DNA of 63,496 nucleotides, counting the filler, from Rhabdomonas costata (lineage: Eukaryota), in the NCBI GenBank assembly GCA_019059605.1. It is 41 parts of 41 records of this genome, joined end to end, with 100 filler letters (N's around TTAATTAATTAA, not from the genome) between each part and the next. Parts side by side here need not be neighbours in the genome. Positions count along the whole stretch, not along the records: positions 51,194 to 52,644 come from JAHMHO010015613.1; positions 52,745 to 54,195 come from JAHMHO010015614.1; positions 54,296 to 55,745 come from JAHMHO010015615.1; positions 55,846 to 57,295 come from JAHMHO010015616.1; positions 57,396 to 58,846 come from JAHMHO010015617.1; positions 58,947 to 60,396 come from JAHMHO010015618.1; positions 60,497 to 61,946 come from JAHMHO010015619.1; positions 62,047 to 63,496 come from JAHMHO010015620.1; 33 more parts are not named here. One strand, 5' to 3'. This document shows positions 51,644 through 63,496 of the stretch, one piece after another (within the stretch, counting starts at the first letter, position 1; each line of letters begins with the position of its first letter). The notes under the pieces are model-generated. The model made no database searches. It saw only the letters and a program-made list of their open reading frames with translations, and had not been told where the DNA came from. The translations under genes were made by a program, and so were the position numbers.

Positions 51644-53192
51644 GTGCGTGCGAGTGCATGTGTGTTGTATGCTGGTTGCGGTGTGGTCTCTTAGCGATTG
51701 TGGTCGTTTGCCAGGCAGGTTTATTTGCAGGCTTGCGTCTGCAGGTTGCTGTATGGTCACTGTGGCAGTGAGATCGCACGTAGGTTATATAGGTGGGGTC
51801 AGCAGGCTCATAAGATAGGTAGGTGGTTTTTGGTGACTTTTGCTGCCCTCTGAATTACGACATCCCTCCTCCACCACTGTCTCGCCGTGTGCGTTGCTGC
51901 CAAATCGGTCTTTAAATTATGTTGGGGTAAAGTATGGAGGTATGCACCACCCCAAACTGGGATGGAAACGTCTGATTTCCTTCCGGATCATACAGAGCAT
52001 CTCCAAGAGTGGCTAGTAAGTTTGGTGGTGGGGTACCTACTGACGCCTGTCTTCACCCATGGCTAGAGCTCCGAATACCACCCATGGCTGCGGAAGTGGA
52101 CAGAGTTTGGCTTTGGAACGCCTCATAGTTTGACACGAGTAGCCCCCCCCCACACACACACACACTTGCCACTGGCGTGTGCTGTACTGAAGAAAGTGAA
52201 GATTTCACTTTCTGGCATCATACTGCTAAAAAGATTCATCGCAGATCATTCATCGCAGCGGGAGGGGAGGACGAGTAAGAAACAGTGGCCTGGTATCTGC
52301 ACCTTCCCCCCTTTCCTCGCACGTGTTTGAGTGTGCACCACCCTCTGACTCCCATGTGAATAAGCACAATGCCCACCCTCCAGCACCCAGTATCTCAGAT
52401 CTCGGAAAGACTTTGAACCTCCCCCTCTATGACCGATGTCTTTTTGGCCGATAAACTGCCCTTATGTCACGAGCATTTGGAGTTGGTAGTTCTAGGTTGG
52501 TAGAGCATTCTGTTTTGGATAGCTGCTTTTTCGCAGCTTGGAAGCGGCCGCGGCTTTCTTTACCGTTTTGCGCGCTGTGCAGAGATGTTTTCTTGGTGCG
52601 TAACTCCTGTCGTCAAGCTGCGAAAAAGCAGCTAACCAAAACCCNNNNNNNNNNNNNNNNNNNNNNNNNNNNNNNNNNNNNNNNNNNNTTAATTAATTAA
52701 NNNNNNNNNNNNNNNNNNNNNNNNNNNNNNNNNNNNNNNNNNNNTGTGTGTGGTGTGTCCGCGGGGTGCCGCCGTGTGCAGCCCAAGGGGCCGCAGCGGC
52801 AGCCCCACAACCCCTGCGGCGGCACCCCGCGGACACACCACGGAGACCAAGGCGGGATCCCCTTCCACTGCTGGCGACCCGGCGAAGGACATGGGCATAG
52901 GGAACAACCCCGCGGGTTGCACTGGCAGAAGAAGTGGAAGCGGAAGCGGAAGTGGTGGCGGCACCGACACCGACACCAACGGCTCCCCAACGGCCGTGAA
53001 GGCCGTGAGGCTGCACCTCTGCGGAGTCTCACCAATGGCGGCTCCCGCGGCCTCTCCCGCAGCAGCAGCAGCAGTAGCTGCTGCTGCTCTGGCGGAGCAG
53101 GAGCGCACCTTGGCATTCGACAGCCGTTGAAGGGTCAGAGGTCGCACCCAAAGACGCCGCCTGGCGTAGCCCTGTGAAATTCATCGCGCATG

Positions 53193-53215
53193 CACACACA
53201 CACACACACACACAC
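53193..53215. repeat. (CA)n microsatellite
   Basis: cacacacacacacacacacacac. Confidence 0.9.
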
Positions 53216-53362
53216 GCTGACTCTTTCCCTCTCTCTTGCAAATACCGACTTAACAACACGGCCAGGTGAAACAACACAGAAAAACTGCCATCGGCCAGCC
53301 AGCCTGGTGTCTAACAACACAAAACCACGCTAGACCACACACTCACACTCACACACAAACAC

Positions 53363-53638
53363 CGCCGCAGTGACGTGGAGGTTGGGGCAGCCCTCCCCAA
53401 GGTTGCACGGCAGACCATCCACCACGGAGTGGCACAGCCACACTTGGACGTGCTTCTTGTGCTTCCGCTGCGCATTCTTGTGCAGGTGGGCGAGAACCCC
53501 GCGCAGCCCTTCCGTAGGAAGCACGTGGCGGTACGTGATGGAGTACGCAAGGCCATCCGTGGGGTCCACGCCAACGACAAACCGAAACCCTTCTTCTCCC
53601 GCAGCAAGGGGCGCACCGCAGCCCACCGGAACTCCCAT
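53363..53638 (-). CDS. CCCH zinc-finger protein, first exon
   Basis: VWLCHSVVDGLPCNLGEGCPNLH is C-x8-C-x5-C-x3-H, preceded by a V.DP.....I....V.PT.G segment like those in euglenozoan CCCH proteins. Followed by a GT donor. Confidence 0.7.
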
Positions 53639-56600
53639 CGCCGCACCCAAAGAACACACCACAGCCATCGGACAGCAGAGGAAAAGAACCCGAAACGAAA
53701 AAAAATTCCGCCCCCTCTTTTTCTAAGTCACGGCTCTACCAGTGACTCCAAAAAAAAAAAAACACCGGGCGGACTTCCAGTGAGTCGCGAGAAAGTGGGA
53801 AAGAAATTTAGAAGGCCGCCACCAGCAAACTACATCGGAAAAATACACGCAGTTTGTTGGAAGAGTCTCATCTTTGGCCACTGCATTGTTCTATAGGCCC
53901 ATCTCGGGGCGTCCATGGGCCCGCAAAAAAAACACAAAGTCCTCAGACTTCGCACAGCAGCAGCAGCAGAAATTTCGTCAAAAAAAGGATCATTAAACCA
54001 AACAACAGCTTTTACGACATCAAGTGCGGGAAACAGAAAGAGTGCTGAAAGGCTGAGTTCTATAGCAGCCAACTTGCAGACAACTTGCAAGGCAACGGAT
54101 CTATAAATGAAAGATGTGTCTTTCAAAAACCTTCCGCCTCCTTGAGGTGACACTTTTTTGAGCATAACACCTTACTCTTAACACCCAAAACCCACNNNNN
54201 NNNNNNNNNNNNNNNNNNNNNNNNNNNNNNNNNNNNNNNTTAATTAATTAANNNNNNNNNNNNNNNNNNNNNNNNNNNNNNNNNNNNNNNNNNNNTTGTT
54301 TGGGGCGCTAGCGCCGCCCCCCGGGCGAGGCGTCAGAGGGCTCTTCAGGGCGGCTGTCGGAGTGCGGGGGTACTCATACCTGCCAGAGAAACAGTAAGGA
54401 GCATGTTTGACTTCGTCGTACACTATGGTGGAATCACCTGCCACGCGACCAAATGATTCCGTCTGAGAACGGAGGCTTCCACGGGAAGGGATGTGTATGG
54501 TAGGTGTTTACTCCAAAATTGAGCACAGCTGTGTATGGGGGCAGTGAGAGGCGCGAAGCCAGCGCTGGCCAACTCCATTAATTCGTGAGGACGCCTCCGA
54601 GGTTTCCTGTGCTCAGCAGCATGACAGAAGAAAACCAATGCATAAGCACAAACGCGCGACCAAGAAAGCGTTTCAAGAAAGATCCTCCCGGAACGTGGCC
54701 AAGCAAGGCTAAAAAAAAACGACTCACAAAAGACTCACACACATAAAGGGCGAACAAGAAAGGAAATAATTGAATCACAAGAAGAGGATCCACGGGCCAG
54801 GATGACCGTTTGGCCAGCAAACGTGCACTTTAATGAGCGTGAGAGTATCAGCTTGAAAATATTGAGGAACTCTTTCGGGATTTTCTTTCTCTACGGGAAC
54901 GCGTGCTCAATTGCACTGTCGGAGAGGGTGGGTGGTTGTGCGAGTGGGTGTTGCAAAGGAGCAATTAGGAAGCAGTCAAAGCAACAGTCAAAATGCAGGA
55001 CAGAATGGAAGGATACGGTGCGCAACGATAGAAGAATTGAAAAAAAAACGAAATTCTTATAGCGCTTTGCTCCAGAACTTCACCAACGAGGAAGAAAGAT
55101 GAATGAACGGATTATCGGCCGGGCGGAGGGACCCTTTTTCTCAAGTTGCATTGGTGGGTTTCTCTTATATTTGGACCGGAGATAACGAAAGGGGAGGCGG
55201 AGTGCTAAGCACCTAAGGAAGCATTTCCGGACGGCCGTGGCCAGGCTGTCCCGGCTGTGCACGCGGAGGCAGCCCGGGTCGCGCTCCCGGTTTACCCTTG
55301 ACAGCACCTAAAAAGAGTCATCAAAAAGGACATGCATCAGTTCTGTACTGCAGCGTCACCCTCACCAGACATCATCTCCACCGAAGATGATTTTTATGCA
55401 GCGGAGGCAGCAGTGCGTATTTGGAGGTCCTCCCGCCTTGGCTGTCGGGGGAGGAGGGGGGGCACCGTCATTAGAGGCTCAGAGGCCATCCGCTGCGCAC
55501 GCTGGGTGGCCTCGCACCGCAACCCCACAGGGAGCTCCAGCACACGGGCGCACGCCGGCAGGTCCACCAAGTCGCTAGGGAAGGGTGAGAGAATGCACGG
55601 AGAGAATGCCGTCCAAAAATGCAACCAAGTACGCTGCAAGACAGTAAGCAAAGCACAAGCAAAGGTGTGATGAGCACTTCGCTGCGACTGAACCCGACTG
55701 ACCCCCCTACTATGACCGGCATATTCGTCTCCCCAACACAACAAANNNNNNNNNNNNNNNNNNNNNNNNNNNNNNNNNNNNNNNNNNNNTTAATTAATTA
55801 ANNNNNNNNNNNNNNNNNNNNNNNNNNNNNNNNNNNNNNNNNNNNTGTGTGTGGTGTCAGTATCAGGGCTTAAATGGAGGGCTAGGTGGATGTTACCCCC
55901 CTATTCGGCCAGCTTGGCCCATAGCTTATTGACCCTTAGATGGCCAGGGACATAGCTAAGTGGAGGAAAAGTGGTACACAGTACTGGGGCAGGTGTGACG
56001 GGGCACGGGATGAGTCTGTGGTTGGAACTTCCTCAGCGGATCGATTCCCCAGAGGCCGCTTGTGGAAGCGTGTGGTAATGGGGGTCCTATTCAGCTGAAC
56101 GAGACACCGACACTGCACGTACTCGTTGGAATGAAATAATCTCTGTGGTGCAAGTCAACCTTATGTCACCAACGATCAGCCTGATCCAAGGCTTTGATCA
56201 GCAATAATCAGAACTGCGTCGAGATCACGGTGGCTGCCCGAATAACGCCCTTCTAAACATCCAAAGAGGGAAAGCAGACAAAAACTTCCCATGACTTCCC
56301 ATTCGGCGGTGTTGCCCTTGAAAGTTCAGAGACAAATGGGCTTATTTTTATTGGTCATTCAAAAGCTCGTCATTTTTCATTCTAGAGAAGATGCTAGCCA
56401 GCAAAGCTCTCTTTCGAAGATCCCGAAATTCTTCGCCGCACCTTCAAGCAAAACGTAGCGCACCTTGTGCCGTGGCTGGGGGCACGCCCCACCCCAATAC
56501 AGTCACCGTGATCAGAAACATGCACAGCCGCGGAGGGAGAATAAGGAGGACGCCCAGGCCACGGCCACCGCCCGTGAGCAGGTGCAGGGTAATGGTTGCA

Positions 56601-57395
56601 GCTTGGCGGCCATGGGTTGCGGTCATCGCGGAGGAGCTGCACTGGGCAGAGGGGAGGCGGGAGGACGTGAGGTGGCCACCCCCCCATGCTCCGCTGCGGT
56701 GCCCGTGCGAGCCCAGTGGGGCGAGAGAAAAAGAGGAATGCTTCGATAGAATAGGAAATGAATAACGAGAGGTGAGAGAGTGGGGTGGGGGTGCGGGGGT
56801 GAGAAGAAGGGTTTACATAAATAGAAGAACAGAACAGAATAGCGAGCTCTACACAGGACATGGAGGTGACCGGACATCTGACTCAGCATCCCCCCCCGCC
56901 CGCCTTCAACATCACGGCGTGTTCTCCGAGCTTTGCTAAGAAAACAGGGAAGTCAGTAAGTTTGAGGTAATTCGCGAAAAACATGGCGTCCAGACTGTAT
57001 TGCCCGTTAAAGACTTGGCTGTCTGAAAATATGGCCGGCGTTGGCAACAAGCGCACTTGTAAAGCAGCCCTTATCGCGCCAATCAAAGGCAGGAAAACAA
57101 ACCGAAGAGGCACCCTGAGAAGAACACGTCACAACAGAGAGAAAATGGTTCTCAACAAAAAAAATTGATGATGGTGAAAGGTAATTCACCATCAATCCCT
57201 CATAAAGGCTACGATATATAAAATATACCGAGCAAAAAGACGCGAACGCGAGACTTAGAGCGAGAGCGAACGGTTTCTCTATGCACCAACAAAAANNNNN
57301 NNNNNNNNNNNNNNNNNNNNNNNNNNNNNNNNNNNNNNNTTAATTAATTAANNNNNNNNNNNNNNNNNNNNNNNNNNNNNNNNNNNNNNNNNNNN

Positions 57396-58846
57396 AATTG
57401 CCGCCTGAATCACTCTCAAGAACACTTTTATCGGCATGGTACCCAACCTTCCGACAACTTGGACGAAGTGCTTCACGGGAAGTCCTTCCCCGTTCTCAAC
57501 CCTCATCGTAAGCTTCTGCTGCAACGGGTACCTCTGCAAACGGGATCTCTGGACCAACTCCTGACTTATAAACCAATCTGAAGCTCGGGAATCAAATAAC
57601 GCTCTAACTTGGGTGTTCCCAATCCACAACGGCAAGAACATTAGTGGCTGAGGGGGGTGGAGGGTCTGGCAAATTTCCCAAGAACCCAACCCCATCTCTC
57701 GCGTCTCTCTGGAATGGCAACACGAACAGCGGGACCGGGGTACTTCCTTCACCTCTTCGAATGCTGCTCAACGCTGTCTTTACTAAGTCATCCAAATACT
57801 CCTCTGAAAACTCGTCTACTAACACACTCCACTCACAAAGCTCTGTGCAATGCTCGTACTCGTGGTATTTATTCCAAATCTTAGGCGAGGCCCCATCTGA
57901 CCCTCAAGGAGATGTCTCCTTCGGATCCCAACACCACCAACTGGGGGTTTTCAACTTCTTCTTGCTTCTCTTTAAGTGGGCGGTTGCTGACGACCGCTGA
58001 TTCTGCGTCCGTTCTCTTTTCTCCACATAACACTTCGCGAAACTCCCTTCTGCTCTGGACCGATTCCGGCTCTTCCTTGCTCCGATTCAACGCCATTTCC
58101 GGTCCGCAACCACTCCTGCCGTCTTCCGCTGACTTCAACATCATGACTGAGCCCATGCGTGCGCTTTCTGTCGAATGGATTCTGACTGGAACTTCTGCAT
58201 CCCTCAACCTCTTCTCTTCCGCGGCCATATTGACACTTGTCTTTTCATCTGAGCGCAAGGACGAAACACCTTTGACGCCCTCTGCAGCTGTCTCTGGTGT
58301 CACTCTGCTCGAGATGTGATTTCGGGGCTTTTCCTTACGAGCTCTACTTAATCTTTTCACGCGCTCTGACGGTCTCTTCAAGATTATTAGCGGAACGGTG
58401 TTTGAAACACTTGATCGATCTTGCACGTTACTTGCGCTGTATGGGGTTCTCACTGTGGCTGAAGCGGGCCTCTTGTGTGTGGCGGTAGTGGCCCTGTCTC
58501 CTGCCACCTCTAGTTTGACTGATCCCTACTCTTTTGATTCTCTCCCGGCCCCTTAGTCACACTGCTGCAGACCACGTCTGCCTTAGACAAATCGAAGTCT
58601 CTGTAGAAATGATTTGAACTTCCGCAATACAAACAGACTCTGGAGGGGATAAACGGCTTCGCGTCTTCCAAACTTGACCTTGCAAATGGCGAAGGCTGAC
58701 TACTCTTAGTCCCCTGTAAAGTTGGGCTTGACGGTCGAGTCGTGGAATCTTCTCTCCTTGGGAACGAGGGAATTCTGGGCCTTCCACTTCGGGATGGTGA
58801 AGGTGATCGGTAATAACCTCGTCCTCTTCCAATGTAACCCCGACCC
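57396..58846 (-). mobile_element. Second, more decayed copy of the same Ty3/gypsy family (gag zinc knuckle to protease)
   Basis: 57397-57890 aligns closely with 5407-5900. The protease motif is mutated to ALFDSRAS and the gag knuckle CLYCGSSNHFYRDF (58635-58594) has lost its last Cys. Frameshifts are present. Confidence 0.93.
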
Positions 58847-58946
58847 NNNNNNNNNNNNNNNNNNNNNNNNNNNNNNNNNNNNNNNNNNNNTTAATTAATT
58901 AANNNNNNNNNNNNNNNNNNNNNNNNNNNNNNNNNNNNNNNNNNNN

Positions 58947-59980
58947 TGTTGGGGTGGCGGGCACCCCGTGGCGCTCGGACGCTATCTTTTGCACTTTGTC
59001 AGCAGAAAACAGCGGTGGGCTGAGGTACAGCACCTTTTCTGAAGAGACAGGGAGTCTTGGCGGAGGCTCCACCAGCCAGGCAGCACCAATAGTTGTACCA
59101 GGGTCTCCTGGGCATGGGGGAACATACACAGGCTTCCGAGCGCGCTTCCACAGCGCTGTGTTGAGAAGAATATTGTATGATGCACCCCCGGCAAAGACAA
59201 TTCCGTCAACCTGGGGCAGAAGAGTTGTCAGAAAGGGTTCCAGAAAGTCCAAAAGGTAGCTCTGGAATGCCAGCTGTGCACTGGCGGCAAAGTCGGCGCG
59301 GGTGTCCTGCGCCGAGAACGTCCTGGCCATCTTCCGAGCTCTGGCGCAGGAGCCCTTGGTGAAGTCCCCGCGCATTATCGTTTGCATGGGGTTCGCCCAC
59401 ACCTCACGCGGCTTGCCGTGGGTGGACAGCTCCATCAGCAGGCCAGGACGTGGGAACATGTACTCAACGTTCGGATCCACTTGTTGAACAACTGAGAAGA
59501 ACCCCCCCCCACACACACACGCTCCCACCCGGATGCAACCGAATCACGCTACATCATGAGCTGAACTCCGACCCAAACGACCCAAATGCCATACGCAATT
59601 CCGAGCGTCGGGATTCTGACAAAACGGGGAAGCCAGTGTTACACAGCTGCAGTAATCAAAACGGCATTGATGATGGCCATATTACAAAAACATGGGGCCC
59701 GGCAAGAAAGAGGAAAGCAAGTGAGTGAGTGCCTGGCCCGAGCCAATGGGCTCACCACACCTGTGGCAAAGTATCGGTAGTGTATTACTGCGTTGGGGCC
59801 GATTCGCTCGCTCTTCAGAAAAGTAAGCCCATGGCTCCGGTTCGCGAAAAAGACGGTGAGGGTGTCGGTGCGGGTGCCCCCGCCGTCGAAGACCACAGCC
59901 AGAGCAGAGTGAAAAGGCGATCCGTAAAAGGCTGAGGAGGCGTGCGCCCAGTGATGGTCGTGGTGCACCCACCGCTGAGC
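58947..59980 (-). CDS. NodU/CmcH/TobZ-family O-carbamoyltransferase, Kae1-like domain (exons 59980-59761, 59491-58947)
   Basis: HDHHWAHASSAFYGSPF..ALAVVFDGGG ... RADFAASAQ ... GIVFAGGASYNILLN ... VYVPPCPGDPGTTIGAA, with a phase-1 GT-AG intron 59760-59492. Confidence 0.9.
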
Positions 59981-60743
59981 CTGAACATACCAACAACGCA
60001 GAAAGAAGTTTGCCATATAAAGCAGTAATCAATGTAGTCAACGCAGTAGAGAATAGAGCATAAGTACTGAATGTGTACGCAGCATACATCCATTGGGCCT
60101 TGGACAATGGACTATATGCCCTTGTCCACTTCAATAACGCGATAACACAAACATGAGAGTGCTTCGGGGAGGACAGGCAATTTCAATTCTCAGCTCATAA
60201 CTTAGATATGAATCATCACATGAGGGCCGTGAAGAAAAATTGCGCATTATAGGGGATTTCCAAGCCGGATATAACTTTTCTTGTCTTCGCGCGCACTCGC
60301 GTGTGTGCAAACTCGAAACCAATCACACACTTCAGAAAGATATAACTTTTCACGTAAAAAGCCAGCCCTGATCCGGCGAGGGTCTCACAAACACATNNNN
60401 NNNNNNNNNNNNNNNNNNNNNNNNNNNNNNNNNNNNNNNNTTAATTAATTAANNNNNNNNNNNNNNNNNNNNNNNNNNNNNNNNNNNNNNNNNNNNGTGG
60501 TGGGTGTGTTTGGGTTTGTGGGTAGCTGAGCAAATCCAGTGTGTTCACCGCCGCGTCCAAATCACGGTCTTCAGTTGCAATTCCAGGGGTACGTATGGCG
60601 TTTAGGTGTTTGGCTCAGCCGCGCCGCGGCTGGCTTCGCCGCCGAAAAAAACAATGTCCTAGGGGTTCCGTGATCGCATGGTAGCGTTTTGCCGTACGCA
60701 TAGGGTGAGCCACTTTGCCCCCATTCCATGACTGTTCCCACAG

Positions 60744-61848
60744 ACTGGGAGGATCACCTTGCGGTGAAGCACTTCTCCGTGGAGGGCCAGCTGGAGTTCA
60801 AGGTTTGCTCTGTTCCCTCCCACTGTCTTCTGCTGCTCGCGTTTCTCTGTGGTGGCTTTCTTTGTCGAGTTCCCGTGGGGCCCCGGAGTATTTCTTTCGG
60901 CACTGCCTCGATTCGCTTGCGTTTTAATTGGGAGGGGGAATCGTTCTGAGGAACTTTTCAGCATTCCCCCCACCGCGTTTTTCCACTTTAAAAAATATTT
61001 TTGTGCCGCAGTGCTGTAGGGGTAAAAATTAAAACCAAAGGCGATCATGTTCTGCCCTCGCCGTGCTCCGTTCGACATGTTTGAGACGCACAAGAAGAAG
61101 AACAACATCAAGCTGTACGTCCGTCGTGTGTTTATCATGGACAACTGCGAGGACATCGTCCCGGAGTGGCTGACCTTGTATGTCTGACCTTGTGTAGCAG
61201 CGGTGTTGGTTATAGGACCAGGTTGGAAATAGGATATTTTGAGTCCCCCGTCCTCCTTCGATGTGATTAACTTATCCATTGGAACCCGAGGAGATTATAT
61301 CAATGGCTCCTCTCCCCATTTTAATCGAAGACTGCCCTAAGGTCACTCCTTATCCTCCCTCCTCCTCCCTCATCCGCCCCTCTTTTTATTCTCATTTGCT
61401 TGCTTCAGCGTTAAGGGTATTGTGGACTCTGAGGACCTTCCGCTCAACACCTCCCGACAGCAGCTGCAGCAGAACAAGATTCTCAAGGTTCCCCGTACCC
61501 CGGAATCCAGTTGGATTGGTTGGGTTGTGAGTGATCTTGCCTTGCTTCGGGAATCCTCGGTAACCCTGTTTTGAGGTCCCTGTTACTCGTTTTTGATAGG
61601 CCTAATTGGGTGGTCATCTGGGCCATGGAGTGGAACTGTGCTCTGCAACCTCTGCTCCAAGCCTACTAATGAAACCCAATGAAACAGGTGATCAAAAAGA
61701 ACCTTGTGAAGAAATGTCTGGAGATGTTCGAGGGCATCGCGGAGAACAAGGAGGACTACAAGAAGTTCTACGAGCAGTTCAGCAAGAACCTCAAGCTTGG
61801 GATCCACGAGGACAGCACCAACCGCAAGAAGATGGCCGATTTCCTGAG
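60744..61848 (+). CDS. HSP90: Cytosolic HSP90, middle domain (exons 60744-60802, 61041-61177, 61409-61487, 61688-61848)
   Basis: [97 protein letters not shown]...[14 protein letters not shown]. Three exact GT-AG introns. Confidence 0.98.
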
Positions 61849-62046
61849 GTTGAGCCTCTCCCTTCTTGTCTTCGCGTGCACCCACATCCATGCATACACG
61901 CTTTTGGGGTTCTGGGAATAATTTTGCCACCCGGTCCACCACCACCNNNNNNNNNNNNNNNNNNNNNNNNNNNNNNNNNNNNNNNNNNNNTTAATTAATT
62001 AANNNNNNNNNNNNNNNNNNNNNNNNNNNNNNNNNNNNNNNNNNNN

Positions 62047-62823
62047 TCGACCCGCCCGTTCCTCCTCAGCTTCGGGGAAGGGATGGCAGCTGGTGGCAGC
62101 TCTCGAGTGTGTTTGGGCCCCACATGGTTTTGCAGCGCAATCTCCGCAGCTGTGTGTGGGGATGGGCCAGTGCCCAGGAGGTGGAGACTGCCCTGACAAT
62201 CCACACGAAGGACGACTCCACATCTCCCCAAGAACTTCGGCTGGACTTTGTGCGCGCCACGGATGAAGAAGGCGAACTGTACCGAAAGTCCCCTGGCCCA
62301 GCCTGGCGATTGTGCTGGGAGTGGGTCCCATGGACTGCCCAGGGTCCGGTTCACCTTACCTTTGCGGTTCGGTTTCCACGAGGCGCAGGTGGAGAAACCC
62401 AGTGGGTGCTTCGTGACGTCCAGTTCGGGGATGTCTTTCTCTGCTCCGGGCAGTCCAACATGTTGTGGCCAATCTCGAAGCATGACCCCAGCCCTTTGCT
62501 TCGGCCCAACCCCTCGCTGCGGCTTTACCTGATGCCCAACCAGGGCAGCCCGGAGCCGGTGGCTCAGCCCAGGTCGGGGCCCGGTGGTGTGGGAAGGTGG
62601 GTGGCTGCAGAGAACGCCTCTGCGGTGGCCGCGTTCTCGAGCCTGTGCTACGGATTCGGTGGTCTTGTGGAGGAGGCCGTGAGAAAGAGCCTAAGTGGGG
62701 CGGTGCCTGTGGGGCTGATAAGTGGTGCAAGGGAAGACCAGACCATCTCCCACTTCCTGCCTCCTCAGGGGGGCCCGTACTGGAGGACACCGGGGGATGT
62801 CCCTGAGACGCTATGCGCTGCAG
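62047..62823 (+). CDS. Sialate O-acetylesterase (SIAE/SASA, SGNH hydrolase), N-terminal part
   Basis: LSSVFGPHMVLQR...VWGW...LRDVQFGDVFLCSGQSNM...FSSLCYGFG...VPVGLI contains the catalytic GQSN motif. Confidence 0.9.
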
Positions 62824-63496
62824 GCGTGGACCCCTTCTGCCCCCCACCCACCGCTCATCGCCCCCGGACTCCCGCTCCTAACTCGCGATTCTCCTTCCTC
62901 CTCTTTCGTTTGTTTCTCATGGTCTTGCAATATTTAGTAGATTCGCAGTTCCCCTTTGATTGACTGTACCTTTCTTAATGTCAAAAATGGATCTATTTGC
63001 GGCGCGATGCAGCGCATATCCCAGCTATCTTGAGACCACTGTAATTTTCGCGAGGCCCGCTTGAACTTCTAAATACCAATACGTTTACCCTAGGTCGCGT
63101 TGTACCTGCATTCGAATCAGCTTTGCGAGTGCGAAAAATACTCCCGAGCGAACCAGCTTGTTTCAGTTGATGCTAGCATGCTTTTAGAACCATTTATCGA
63201 ATTTCTTATTTGTGCAAAGGATTGAGGGCTCGCCCGCGAGTCCTTCCCGTTTCTTTTACAGAATATGGCGGCCCAATTTTCAACAGCTTACAATTTACAG
63301 AATATTTTCCTGGGGTTTCCTGGGGTGCCAAGTGTGCTTCCCCTTCGCATGTTCGCAAAGGCTCCTCGAATCGCAGTCCTGCGCCGGAGTCGGACCTCTG
63401 GAACGTACTCTTTGCCCCTTTCGGTGGCCTAGGACTGACCTCCATTCTGTGGTACCAGGTCTCTTGCGCACCCCTCCCCCACCCCCCCCCAAACAC

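Noticed and set aside
58947-63496. Carbamoyltransferase, HSP90 and esterase as a biosynthetic gene cluster
   Set aside because: They lie on three separate contigs joined artificially, so there is no evidence of linkage.

Overview
This is not a contiguous locus. It is 41 separate contigs of about 1450 bp each, joined by 40 artificial 100-nt linkers (N44-TTAATTAATTAA-N44). Most contig ends carry G/T-only (5') or A/C-only (3') tails typical of whole-genome-amplification primers. The DNA is an intron-rich eukaryotic nuclear genome, most likely a euglenid (inference). The evidence is a nucleus-type, intron-split nad7, de novo purine synthesis, splice donors of the form GTNYG rather than GTRAGT, euglenozoan-type cyclase and CCCH proteins, and one long hairpin that looks like a euglenid nonconventional intron. 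Recognisable spliced gene fragments are a Bacteroidetes-like purF, a NEK kinase, SMC4 (with a GC-AG intron), an ADCY10-like soluble adenylyl cyclase, VPS51, an ABC transporter C-terminus, a decayed nad7/NDUFS2, an acylated CAMKK-like kinase, LicD-like and Sel1-repeat proteins, FTCD, a degenerate class III cyclase, a CCCH protein, a NodU/CmcH-family carbamoyltransferase, cytosolic HSP90 and a sialate O-acetylesterase. There are also two decayed copies of one Ty3/gypsy family. I found no rRNA, tRNA, spliced-leader RNA or CRISPR array. No multi-gene system can be inferred, because adjacency across linkers is artificial. The best leads are the splicing oddities and the intron-containing genes of bacterial type. 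All family calls come from motif recognition, not database searches.
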